From contig JACUUT010000001.1 of the NCBI GenBank assembly GCA_014859165.1, positions 1 to 45,623 of the forward strand: DNA of 45,623 bases. Direction: 5' to 3'. This DNA comes from Dehalococcoidia bacterium. Its GTDB lineage: Bacteria > Chloroflexota > Dehalococcoidia > E44-bin15. The notes beneath the pieces are model-generated. The model did no database searches. It was given only the letters and a program-made list of their open reading frames with translations, and was not told the origin of the DNA. Made by a program: the position numbers and the translations under genes. Positions 33,222-41,389 of this stretch are shown here, piece by piece (within the stretch, counting starts at the first letter, position 1; every line of letters begins with the position of its first letter).

Positions 33222-34321
33222 GGATATGCATCCGCTTTAACCCTTGCTTCGATGACCAGGTCTTCTCCCCTCCTGTATGCCCTAACAAAGGATAACTTCA
33301 AAGCACGACCCACATCACGTATACCCAACTCTCCCACAGCTTCAATCCCCTTCCCCATGATCTTAGGAGCGATGACTATTACCACCTTATCTACAAGCCC
33401 CTGGTGGAGCAAGGAGGTGATAATCCGCGCTCCCCCTTCCACCAAGATAGAGGAAATCCCCCTCTTTCCTAACCTTTTGAGCAAGTCCTTCAGGTCGACC
33501 TCGCCCTTCTCGTCCTCATCAACCGTTAGCACCTCGATCCCCATCCCCTTCAAGGAGAACAATTTCTCTCCATCGGCCCGCGATGTAGCGGCAATTATGG
33601 TAGGAGCGACATCCTGATCTTCAAGGACCCTAGAGCTTAGCGGGATTCTCAATCTACTGTCAGGGACGATGCGAATGGGGTTTCTCCCTTTGACCAGGCG
33701 TACCGTTAACTGAGGGTCGTCGGTTAAGACGGTCCCTACCCCTACCAGAATCCCGTCGTGGAGACTGCGAAGACTGTGTGCCAATCTTCGGGATGATTCG
33801 GAGCTTATCCAGTGGGAATTTCCGGTGGCACTAGCAATTCTCCCATCTAAAGTCTGGGCGAACTTCAGGGTGACAAAGGGGAGACCTGTTTGAATATACT
33901 TAAAATAGACCTCATTGAGCCTACAACATTCCTCCACCAGAACCCCGACCTTTGTTTCTATCCCCCGCTGTCTGAGGATTTCAATGCCTTTGCCGTTTAC
34001 CTGGGGGTTCGGGTCAACCGTCCCTATAACTGCCTTTGCGATGTTGCCTTTTACTAGCGCATCCACACAGGGAGGGGTTTTCTTCTCGTAATGACAGCAG
34101 GGTTCCAGGGTCACATAGAGGGTTGCCCCACTTATCTCCCCTCGAGCGTCTTGGATAGCATTGATCTCAGCATGGTTTTCACCGTAGCGATGGTGATAGC
34201 CCTGGCCAATTATTTCACCATTCCTCACGATCAGCGCCCCTACCATGGGGTTTGGGCTCGTCTTTCTCAACCCTTTTCGGGCGAGACGCAAAGCCTTCCT
34301 CATGTAGTATTCATCATTCAA
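33218..34321 (-). CDS. ribD: bifunctional riboflavin biosynthesis protein RibD (deaminase/reductase)
   Basis: (TTG)NDEYYMRKALRLARKG...NPMVGALIV...GYH...G..HAE...TLEPC.H. The TTG at 34321 gives the canonical N-terminus; the longer track ORF (34405) overlaps the upstream gene. Confidence 0.9.
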   Translation of the reverse strand: MNDEYYMRKALRLARKGLRKTSPNPMVGALIVRNGEIIGQGYHHRYGENHAEINAIQDARGEISGATLYVTLEPCCHYEKKTPPCVDALVKGNIAKAVIGTVDPNPQVNGKGIEILRQRGIETKVGVLVEECCRLNEVYFKYIQTGLPFVTLKFAQTLDGRIASATGNSHWISSESSRRLAHSLRSLHDGILVGVGTVLTDDPQLTVRLVKGRNPIRIVPDSRLRIPLSSRVLEDQDVAPTIIAATSRADGEKLFSLKGMGIEVLTVDEDEKGEVDLKDLLKRLGKRGISSILVEGGARIITSLLHQGLVDKVVIVIAPKIMGKGIEAVGELGIRDVGRALKLSFVRAYRRGEDLVIEARVKADAYP

Positions 34322-34340
34322 GATCGTGCTTGCCTCTCTT

Positions 34341-36296
34341 TTAGACCTGGCGCCCCAGCTCAGCGCCCTCGCCGATAGCCTCCATAGCGTCTCGTGGCTC
34401 CACACAGTCCCCTATGGCATGAACCTCGACGATATCCTTCAGCTCCTCAATCAACCTGTTCTGTGATACTGAGCCCACTGCGAGGACCACGGTATCTGCT
34501 TTCAAGAAGGTGAGCTCCCTGGCCTGCACCACCATGACGCCGCCCTCTCTTATCTCCCGCACCGGCGAGAAAGGGTGTATGTAGACGCCATGCTCGATCA
34601 GCCTGTCCTTTAGGGTCATCTTGATGTTACGTTCAATCCACCTCCCATTGCGGCCAAGTTCGCGTTCGGTGACCAGGGAAACCTTCTTACCCTGCTTCGC
34701 CAGCGAGAGGGCCGTCTCCATGCCCAGATAGCGTCCCCCGACTACGACTACTGTGTCGCCAACCTTGACCCTGCCGGCGACCACATCCGCCGCCTGGACC
34801 ACATTGGGTCCATCGGCACCGGGCACATCCAGAACCCGTGGTGCGGCCCCGGTGGCCACAATGGCGACATCTGGCTTGAGCTCTCGCACCAGCTCGGCAG
34901 TCACCTCTTTGTTCAGGATAACCTCAACCCCGGTTCGCGCCAGGTCGTGAAGCATACGCTGGGTCACGGTGTTATATATGTCCTTGCCCTCCCCCATTGC
35001 AGCGATGTTCCATTGCCCACCGAGCTTGTCGCTCTTTTCGTAGAGCGAGACCCGGTGCCCCCGTTCAGCGAGGGTTATGGCAGCCTCCATGCCGGCAAGC
35101 CCACCACCGATGACCATCACCCTCTTCGGCGAGGTTGTGGGCTTTATTTCGAATTCCTCCTCCCTGAAGAGCGCCGGGTTGACGGTGCAGGCGAAGGTAA
35201 TGCCATGCTTTAAGACCCTCTGTCGCCACGCCACATCCCAGCAGTTGTTGCAATAGATGCACTTACGAATCTCGTCGAATCGTCCTTCCCTCGCCTTGTT
35301 GGGTAGCTGTGGGTCTGCCATCAGGGCACGGCCCATGGCGATGAAGTCTGCCTTTCCCTCCTCGAGTATCCTCTCAGCGAGGAAGGGATCGCCGATCTTG
35401 CCCACCGCTATGACAGGGACATCGACTGCCCTTTTAACCGCTTCAGCCAGCGGCACTAGCGGCGGCTCCGCAAATAGGTAGCTGGGATTTGTGTAGTTGG
35501 TGGACTCCATGGCGCCAGCGGTTATATGCAGGGCATCGGCGCCGGCTTTGACAAAGAGCGGCGCAATACGAACGATGTCATCTATGGTTATCCCGCCCTC
35601 GATGAACTCGCTGCCGCTAACCCTGAAGCTGATGGGGAAATCAGGACCTACCTTCTCTCTGACGCGTGAGATGACCTCGCAGGCAAAGCGGGCTCTATTC
35701 TCCACACTCCCCCCGTACTCATCGGTGCGGCGATTGGTCAGCGGAGATAACCATTGACATATCCCATAGCCATGGCCGCCTAGGATCTCCACCAGGTCAA
35801 AGCCCGCCTCTTTTATGCGCCTGGCACCCTCGCCAAAGGCTTCCACCAGGCGTTCGATGTCCTCCTTGGTCGCTTCGCGCGGGGCCACGTTGTTCCATAC
35901 CCACGGTATTGCCGAAGGCCCAACCACATCTATCTCCTCGGGGTGCTCATAGTAGGTGCGCCATTGACTCAGTGCCTTTCCGTGATGCACCACCTGGAGG
36001 GCTGCCTTGGCGCCATGCCGATGGATGATGTCACTAACCTCCCGCAGCATCGGAATATATTTATCATCCCAGTTGGCCGCCCGAACCGGTGCCCGCCCTT
36101 CATAGAGGACGCAACTGGAGCCGCAGTTGACCAGGCTCACCCCTCCTTTAGCCTTTTCCCCGGCCTGGCGTATCCCATGAGGGGTGAAAATCCCATTTAG
36201 ATCGCACAGAGCGCCCAGCGGGGCGCACAGCAGCCTGTTCTTAAGTTCAAGCTTGCCTATCTTTCCCGGCTCAAAAAGTTTGGTTAGTTGCTTCAC
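34341..36296 (-). CDS. OYE-domain + [4Fe-4S] + FAD/NAD(P)-binding reductase (2,4-dienoyl-CoA reductase FadH-like architecture)
   Basis: The N-terminus LFEPGKIGKLELKNRLLCAPL is an OYE TIM barrel. CIYCNNC forms the cluster motif. VMVIGGGLAGMEAAITLAERGHRVSLYEK and VVVVGGRYLGMETA are Rossmann folds. 651 aa. Confidence 0.85.
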   Translation of the reverse strand: MKQLTKLFEPGKIGKLELKNRLLCAPLGALCDLNGIFTPHGIRQAGEKAKGGVSLVNCGSSCVLYEGRAPVRAANWDDKYIPMLREVSDIIHRHGAKAALQVVHHGKALSQWRTYYEHPEEIDVVGPSAIPWVWNNVAPREATKEDIERLVEAFGEGARRIKEAGFDLVEILGGHGYGICQWLSPLTNRRTDEYGGSVENRARFACEVISRVREKVGPDFPISFRVSGSEFIEGGITIDDIVRIAPLFVKAGADALHITAGAMESTNYTNPSYLFAEPPLVPLAEAVKRAVDVPVIAVGKIGDPFLAERILEEGKADFIAMGRALMADPQLPNKAREGRFDEIRKCIYCNNCWDVAWRQRVLKHGITFACTVNPALFREEEFEIKPTTSPKRVMVIGGGLAGMEAAITLAERGHRVSLYEKSDKLGGQWNIAAMGEGKDIYNTVTQRMLHDLARTGVEVILNKEVTAELVRELKPDVAIVATGAAPRVLDVPGADGPNVVQAADVVAGRVKVGDTVVVVGGRYLGMETALSLAKQGKKVSLVTERELGRNGRWIERNIKMTLKDRLIEHGVYIHPFSPVREIREGGVMVVQARELTFLKADTVVLAVGSVSQNRLIEELKDIVEVHAIGDCVEPRDAMEAIGEGAELGRQV

Positions 36297-36298
36297 GA

Positions 36299-37093
36299 CT
36301 ACCTTCCCTTGAATTCGGGGGTTCTCTTCTCTATAAAAGCCGCAACCCCTTCCTTCACATCCTCGCTATTAATGCAGAATTGCTGGAGATAGGTCTCAAA
36401 CTCCAGCGTCTCCTCCAGGCTTAAAAGCTGGGCCCGGTATATCTGTCGCTTTGTCATTTGAGCGGCGATGGGAGCTTGCTTTGTCAGCTTGGCGGCGAAG
36501 CTCCTTGCCTCCTTCATCAGCTCATCGAAGGGCACAACACGGTTCACCAGCCCGATGCGCTCAGCCTCCCGCGCATCCAAGAGATCGCCGCTGAGGCATA
36601 TCTCCAGGGCCTTGGGCAGCCCGACGAGGCGGGGTAGGAAGTAGGCCACCCCTGTATCCAGGGCGAGCCCCCTCCTGATAAATACCGGGCCGAATCTGGC
36701 GTTCTCCGATGCTATCCTGAAATCGCAGGATAGAGCCAGACCGAAGCCTCCCCCGGCAGCGACGCCATTCACCGCGGCGATGGACGGCTTGTCCAGCCGG
36801 TGAACTCGGGCAGCCAGCCATCCCAGAGGGCTGAAGCGATACCTTTCCCCCAGTCCGGCATCGGCGGGGTTCTGGGATGCCTGTAGCACCCAGTCATTGC
36901 CGGTGCAGAAGCCGCGGTCGCCGGCACCGGTCAGAATCAACACCCTGATCTCCGGGTCGTCCGCCGCCTCCTCGATGGCCCTAGCTATCCCAAATCTCAT
37001 TTTGGGGCTATAGGCATTCATCCTCTCCGGCCTATTTAGCGTAATAGTAGCAATCCCCTCCTCTTTCTCGAATATGATGTCTTCGTAATCCAT
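36299..37093 (-). CDS. enoyl-CoA hydratase/isomerase (crotonase) family protein
   Basis: ATITLNRPERMNA...LTGAGDRGFCTGND...AAVNGVAAGGGFGLALSCDFRIA. Confidence 0.9.
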   Translation of the reverse strand: MDYEDIIFEKEEGIATITLNRPERMNAYSPKMRFGIARAIEEAADDPEIRVLILTGAGDRGFCTGNDWVLQASQNPADAGLGERYRFSPLGWLAARVHRLDKPSIAAVNGVAAGGGFGLALSCDFRIASENARFGPVFIRRGLALDTGVAYFLPRLVGLPKALEICLSGDLLDAREAERIGLVNRVVPFDELMKEARSFAAKLTKQAPIAAQMTKRQIYRAQLLSLEETLEFETYLQQFCINSEDVKEGVAAFIEKRTPEFKGR

Positions 37094-37181
37094 GCTCTAC
37101 CTCCTCTGTATTAGTATAATTCACCTTCGCAGATTCTGAAAGGGAAAAGCCGCGGCACTGCCCCAGGTTTGAAAATGAGTG

Positions 37182-37976
37182 CTATCTCCCCTTCCAGGTA
37201 GGTGGCCTCTTCTCCACGAAGGCTTTGAACCCCTCCATTATGTCCTCAGTGCCCATTAGGTTGTGAATTACATGGTCTGTTAGAGACATGGCATCAGGGC
37301 GGCTCATATCCCTGCCTCTCTGGAGCAGCTCCTTTACTGCTCTTATTGCGAGAGGACTTTGTTGACAGATCTTCTCCGCCATCTCTGTTGCCGCAGGGAG
37401 AAGTTGCTCTGGGGAAACTATCCGGTTCACCAAGCCCACCTCGTAGGCCCTCTGAGCGCTGAGCCTATCGGTGGTAATGAGCATTTCATAGGCGACCCCT
37501 CGGGGGATATAGTGCTGGAAAAGCGCGGTAAATGTCGCCGGCATGCCCAACCTCGGCTCCGGAATCCCAAATTGAGCACTCTCAACGGCAATCCTTATAT
37601 CGCATTCCAGCGCCAGCCACAAGCCTCCACCAAGACAATATCCGTTGATGGCTACAATAATGGGTTTTGAGACCTCATAGCTTGCAGGAGATGCACGGAA
37701 AGCGGGCGCCTCTTTCAGCAAAGAGCCCACCCTTGTCGGACGGATGCTCCCCATCGCCTCAAACATCTCCAAGTCCGATGCGATATCGACCCCGGCGCAA
37801 AATGCCCTCCCCGCGCCTGTGAGGATACCCACCCACACCTCCTCATCGTCCCTGAAATCCACCCATGTCTTCGCTAACTCATTGACAAGCTCAGGATTGA
37901 GGGCGTTCAACTTCTCAGGACGATTCAGGGTAATATTGGCGATCCTACCCTTTTTCTCATAGATAACCAAAGACAT
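37182..37976 (-). CDS. enoyl-CoA hydratase/isomerase (crotonase) family protein
   Basis: ANITLNRPEKLNAL...LTGAGRAFCAGVD...VAINGYCLGGGLWLALECDIRIA. Confidence 0.9.
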   Translation of the reverse strand: MSLVIYEKKGRIANITLNRPEKLNALNPELVNELAKTWVDFRDDEEVWVGILTGAGRAFCAGVDIASDLEMFEAMGSIRPTRVGSLLKEAPAFRASPASYEVSKPIIVAINGYCLGGGLWLALECDIRIAVESAQFGIPEPRLGMPATFTALFQHYIPRGVAYEMLITTDRLSAQRAYEVGLVNRIVSPEQLLPAATEMAEKICQQSPLAIRAVKELLQRGRDMSRPDAMSLTDHVIHNLMGTEDIMEGFKAFVEKRPPTWKGR

Positions 37977-38186
37977 AAATCACCTCCTCGTTACTTATTG
38001 AACATTGGACAGAGTGACGTTAGCATAGCTGCTGCTGGTAGTCAAGGAAAAGGGCTTCGCCCGCCCTAGCACCTGCACGTCCATCTCCTCATAGTGCGCA
38101 TGGGAAATTATTGACTTCTTACGCCATTTAGTGCACAGTATTTGTGTTAACTATTCCTATAGCTATAATTTCAAAAGGAGGTTTCT

Positions 38187-38615
38187 ATGGGCGCTAGTGA
38201 AGCGAAGAAGAAGGTGCCCATAAAAGAGGGCCTGTTTAAGGTGCATACCGATGAAGAGGAGGGCTATCTTATTGGCAGCAGGTGCAAAAAGTGCGGTGAG
38301 TATTTTCACCCTAAAAGGGTGGTCTGTGCCAATTGTTATAGCGAGGACATGGATGAGGTTGCCCTCAGCACTCGAGGAAAGATCTTCACCTATACCATTG
38401 CCCGAACAAGCTACCCGGGAACGCCGTTAACCGCGCCTTTCATCACCGCCCACGTGGAGCTGCCGGAGAAGGTGAGTGTTATAAGTCTCATAACCGATAT
38501 CGACCTTGATAAGGTAAAGGTCGGCATGGAGGTGGAGCTTTATTTCTGGAAGGCGCGGGAGGATGGTGAGGGCAACGAGGTGATGGCTTACGCCTTTAGA
38601 CCGGTCTCAAACTAG
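38187..38615 (+). CDS. Zn-ribbon/OB-fold protein (DUF35 family), thiolase partner
   Basis: The rubredoxin-like zinc ribbon is GSRCKKCGEYFHPKRVVCANC, followed by an OB fold. A TATAAT -10 (38163..38168) and AAAGGAGG lie upstream. Confidence 0.85.
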   Translation: MGASEAKKKVPIKEGLFKVHTDEEEGYLIGSRCKKCGEYFHPKRVVCANCYSEDMDEVALSTRGKIFTYTIARTSYPGTPLTAPFITAHVELPEKVSVISLITDIDLDKVKVGMEVELYFWKAREDGEGNEVMAYAFRPVSN

Positions 38616-38616
38616 A

Positions 38617-38632
38617 CCCCGATTTATCGGGG
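38617..38632. repeat. intercistronic REP-like hairpin CCCCGATTTATCGGGG
   Basis: Starts 2 nt after the DUF35 stop. Its 3' arm runs into the GGAGGAGG SD of the thiolase gene. Confidence 0.8.
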
Positions 38633-38646
38633 GAGGAGGCAACAGG

Positions 38647-39777
38647 ATGGCAGAAAAAGAGGTTGTGATACTAGGTGTTGGGATAACCAGGTTTGGTAGG
38701 GTTACCGGGAGGAATCCAGTGGAGATGGCCCGAGAGGCAGGGCTGATGGCCCTTAAGGACGCGGGAGTCGATTTTAGAGATATTCAAGCGGGCTTTTGCG
38801 CCCATGTTAATCAGCCGATGGGCACTGGGGCGGATTGCTTTGCTGAGCTGGGGATGACGGGCATCCCGGTGACCAATGTGGAGGTAGCCTGTGCCAGCCA
38901 GTCCCGTGGTGTGATGCTGGCTGGGGATATGATAGCGGCTGGCATCTACGATATGGCCTTGGTTATCGGCGTGGAGAAGATGCCTCGGGGCATGGTGCCC
39001 TTGGGGGGGGAGCTGAGCGATATGTCTTATGCCTTCCTTATGGGCTTGATGCCTTTCCCTGGGACCTATGCTATGACGGCCCAAAGACACATGCACACTT
39101 ACGGGACAAAGCCAGAGCATTTTGGTAGGGCTGCGGAGAAATCTCACAGAAATAGCAGACTTAATCCCAATGCTACATACCAACAGGTATATACCCTAGA
39201 GGAGATAATGAGTTCCAGGATGATTGCCGATCCCATCACCATGTATATGTGCTCAGCCAATGCCGATGGCGCCACAGCAACGGTGGTCTGTTCCAGGGAG
39301 AAGGCGAAAAAGTATACTACTAGGCCGGTGCTCCTGGTGGGTTGGGCTGGAGGGACCCCGATATATGAAAAGGGGGAGCCAATGCTTGCCGAGGGCCCTA
39401 CTGAATTACTGGGCAAGAAGGTTTACGAGATGTCCGGCCTGGGGCCTAAAGATGTCGATGTCGCCCAGGTTCATGATGCCTTCAGCCCCGGGGAGATCTT
39501 TGCCATCGAGGAGCTGGGGTTCTGCCCCAAGGGTGAAGGTGGCCCCTTTGTCTGGGGGGGCAATACTGAGATAAATGGCAAGATCCCGGTCAATACCGAT
39601 GGGGGGCTGGTCAGTTGCGGGCATCCCATAGGTGCTACCGGCGGGCGTATGATCGCTGAGCTTTCCTGGCAGCTCAGAGGAATGGCTGGGCCAAGACAGG
39701 TGTCTGGCAATCCCAAGGTAGCTCTGCTCCATAATCAAGGTCTGGGCGGCACGAATGTGATGATTTTCAAGATGTAG
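38647..39777 (+). CDS. thiolase-fold protein (SCP-x/DUF35-associated acetyl-CoA acetyltransferase-like)
   Basis: VVILGVGITRFGR...VEVACASQS...GVEKM...CGHPIGATGGRM. 376 aa. Confidence 0.9.
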   Translation: MAEKEVVILGVGITRFGRVTGRNPVEMAREAGLMALKDAGVDFRDIQAGFCAHVNQPMGTGADCFAELGMTGIPVTNVEVACASQSRGVMLAGDMIAAGIYDMALVIGVEKMPRGMVPLGGELSDMSYAFLMGLMPFPGTYAMTAQRHMHTYGTKPEHFGRAAEKSHRNSRLNPNATYQQVYTLEEIMSSRMIADPITMYMCSANADGATATVVCSREKAKKYTTRPVLLVGWAGGTPIYEKGEPMLAEGPTELLGKKVYEMSGLGPKDVDVAQVHDAFSPGEIFAIEELGFCPKGEGGPFVWGGNTEINGKIPVNTDGGLVSCGHPIGATGGRMIAELSWQLRGMAGPRQVSGNPKVALLHNQGLGGTNVMIFKM

Positions 39778-39881
39778 GCCGCATAAAGGCAAAATAAGGG
39801 GGTTTAAAATGACGCCACGCGCCTTCCGTTGCTACCTTCGCCTCCGGAAAGTATAGTGAGGATGAAAGGCGGTGTGTATAG

Positions 39882-40070
39882 ATGAATAAGGTCGAATCGA
39901 AAGCTGAGGTCTTTTTGTGGGCATTACAATCGCTTTCCAAAGCGGAGAGGGAGGCGGTTATCAGCCGCCTGCTGGAAGACCCTGAATTAAGAGAGGATAT
40001 GCTCGACATTGCCCTTATACAGCAACGGAAGGGCGAACCATCGCGCCCCTTCAGGGAATACCTGCGATAG
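39882..40070 (+). CDS. orphan type II antitoxin-like small protein
   Basis: 62 aa: MNKVESKAEVFLWALQSLSKAEREAVISRLLEDPELREDMLDIALIQQRKGEPSRPFREYLR. I recognise this pattern as small antitoxins encoded next to RelE/ParE-type toxins. No such toxin gene follows. Confidence 0.5.
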   Translation: MNKVESKAEVFLWALQSLSKAEREAVISRLLEDPELREDMLDIALIQQRKGEPSRPFREYLR

Positions 40071-40233
40071 GTGTAAACGCAAGTTTCGCACCCGCAATCT
40101 GCAAATTCACCACAAGGACAGAGACCCTGAGAATAATAGACTTAAAAATCTAAGGGTGCTGTGTAAACGTCATCATATAGACCTGCACAGAAAGGCTAAA
40201 AGGAGAAAAAACCTAAGTCAACCTAAAAGATAA
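40009..40233 (+). pseudogene. minimal HNH nuclease motif ORF, probably a 5'-truncated remnant
   Basis: CDRCKRKF..RNLQIHHKDRDPENNRLKNLRVLCKRHHIDLH forms an intact CxxC...HH...N...CxxH beta-beta-alpha-Me finger. Everything N-terminal of CDRC is just the alternate frame of the antitoxin-like ORF. TTG start, no SD. Confidence 0.4.
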
Positions 40234-40630
40234 GTCTCCAGTGTTCTGAGGATATATCATCTTTAAATTTCTTAAGACAATTCTTAAGTTGTGTAAAGCA
40301 GTTTGCTGAAAGCGAACTTATCACACTTATTTTCTTGGACAGAGCACCTCTCAATAACTCTTCAGTGGATATTTCAATAATCTGTGGTAATTGTATAAAG
40401 GTATTTAACGAAAAACACTCCTGCCAATTCAGGGGTACAAAGAATACCTTCTTTCGTGGGTTACAACCCTCACTGACTCCTGCATACCGTCGTGGTTGAG
40501 ATGTGGTTTTTAGAACAAGACTAGGTAAATTAGCATCCGCTTCATTTAAGATGATAAAAAGTTTATCTCTTACCGAACCGTCTTCAAAGCAGAAATCTTT
40601 ATAATGGAGAACTTGCCCAGCTTGTGGCAT
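40223..40630 (-). CDS. unassigned 135-aa protein, candidate toxin partner of the Panacea/DUF4065 gene (possible MazF/PemK-like SH3 fold)
   Basis: Starts 16 nt downstream of the DUF4065 gene on the same strand, in the AT-rich islet. The pattern GQVLHYKDFCFEDGSVRDKLFIILNE...LVLKTTSQ...FIQLPQIIEISTEELL...ISSLSANCFTQLKNCL loosely parallels MazF (G.i..v.f....G.E..K.RP.vVls...v.P.TS...Q...id..rl...G.l). Confidence 0.55.
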   Translation of the reverse strand: MPQAGQVLHYKDFCFEDGSVRDKLFIILNEADANLPSLVLKTTSQPRRYAGVSEGCNPRKKVFFVPLNWQECFSLNTFIQLPQIIEISTEELLRGALSKKISVISSLSANCFTQLKNCLKKFKDDISSEHWRLIF

Positions 40631-40645
40631 ATTACTATACCTAAA

Positions 40646-41233
40646 TTACTTCGTTGGACTGAGACCAAAATTACGCACAGCTTCCTGATGTTCCTTAAGC
40701 GACTCTTTAGCATCATCTAAACTAACTTCCGATTTATCATCAATGCCAAGAAGATAGTCTATAGGTTTATTTTCACCACTCTGTTTTAGTGTAATATCCC
40801 AAGGCTGTTTAGGTAAGTGAGTAACCTCCGTCATGTCCTTAAATCTAGCATCTTTATAAATAAACGCCAAATCCCCTAAGATTTTTATTTCTCTAGGTGT
40901 AAACACAGACAAGTCTGGTTTTCCTATAGCTTTAATTTGGAATCCTCTACGGCTTAAGGTGAGGTCGTCCTCGATTGGTAACAATGCCACTTTACCTACA
41001 AAATCACCAGGTACATCACCATCTTTTATCTCTAGCCAAAAATCTCTAGGTACTGGGCCTTTTTTAAAGGTAAAATACTCCAGTCCAATAGATGGGTATC
41101 CTGTCTGTTTAAAATGTGTGAAGTCGAGGAAGTAAAGAAGTTTCGAGAGTTTGCCTAAACCCACATATTTAGTATTAACTGCAAAAAACAGTACAGCGTT
41201 GAGTAGTTTCCTTCTATAGATATTGCTCTGCAT
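40646..41233 (-). CDS. Panacea-domain (DUF4065, SocA/GepA/PanA-like) antitoxin-type protein
   Basis: LLNAVLFFAVNTKYVGLGKLSKLLYFLDFTHFKQTGYPSIGLEYFTFKKGPVP fits the DUF4065 signature (KL.KLLYF.D......G.P..G..Y.....GPV). 195 aa. Confidence 0.75.
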   Translation of the reverse strand: MQSNIYRRKLLNAVLFFAVNTKYVGLGKLSKLLYFLDFTHFKQTGYPSIGLEYFTFKKGPVPRDFWLEIKDGDVPGDFVGKVALLPIEDDLTLSRRGFQIKAIGKPDLSVFTPREIKILGDLAFIYKDARFKDMTEVTHLPKQPWDITLKQSGENKPIDYLLGIDDKSEVSLDDAKESLKEHQEAVRNFGLSPTK

Positions 41234-41389
41234 TTCTTACTGCCCTAAGATATTATACTACTAACCGTCAAGAGAGATGCAAGATTATAACACCATTATT
41301 GCTTCGTGCCTCGCTATCAACTTAAACCGAACAGAACCCAAGTGTACAATAAGCAAAAAACAAAATATAATCAGCAGTGGCACTACAAG

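Noticed and set aside
33218-36296. FMN riboswitch upstream of ribD; B12 riboswitch near cobO/pduO/mutase; Moco riboswitch upstream of moaA
   Set aside because: ribD starts 20 nt after the upstream OYE-type gene. The cobO/pduO spacer is only 77 nt and is filled by promoters. moaA abuts rdgB. There is no room for these 100-200-nt elements and no conserved cores were seen.
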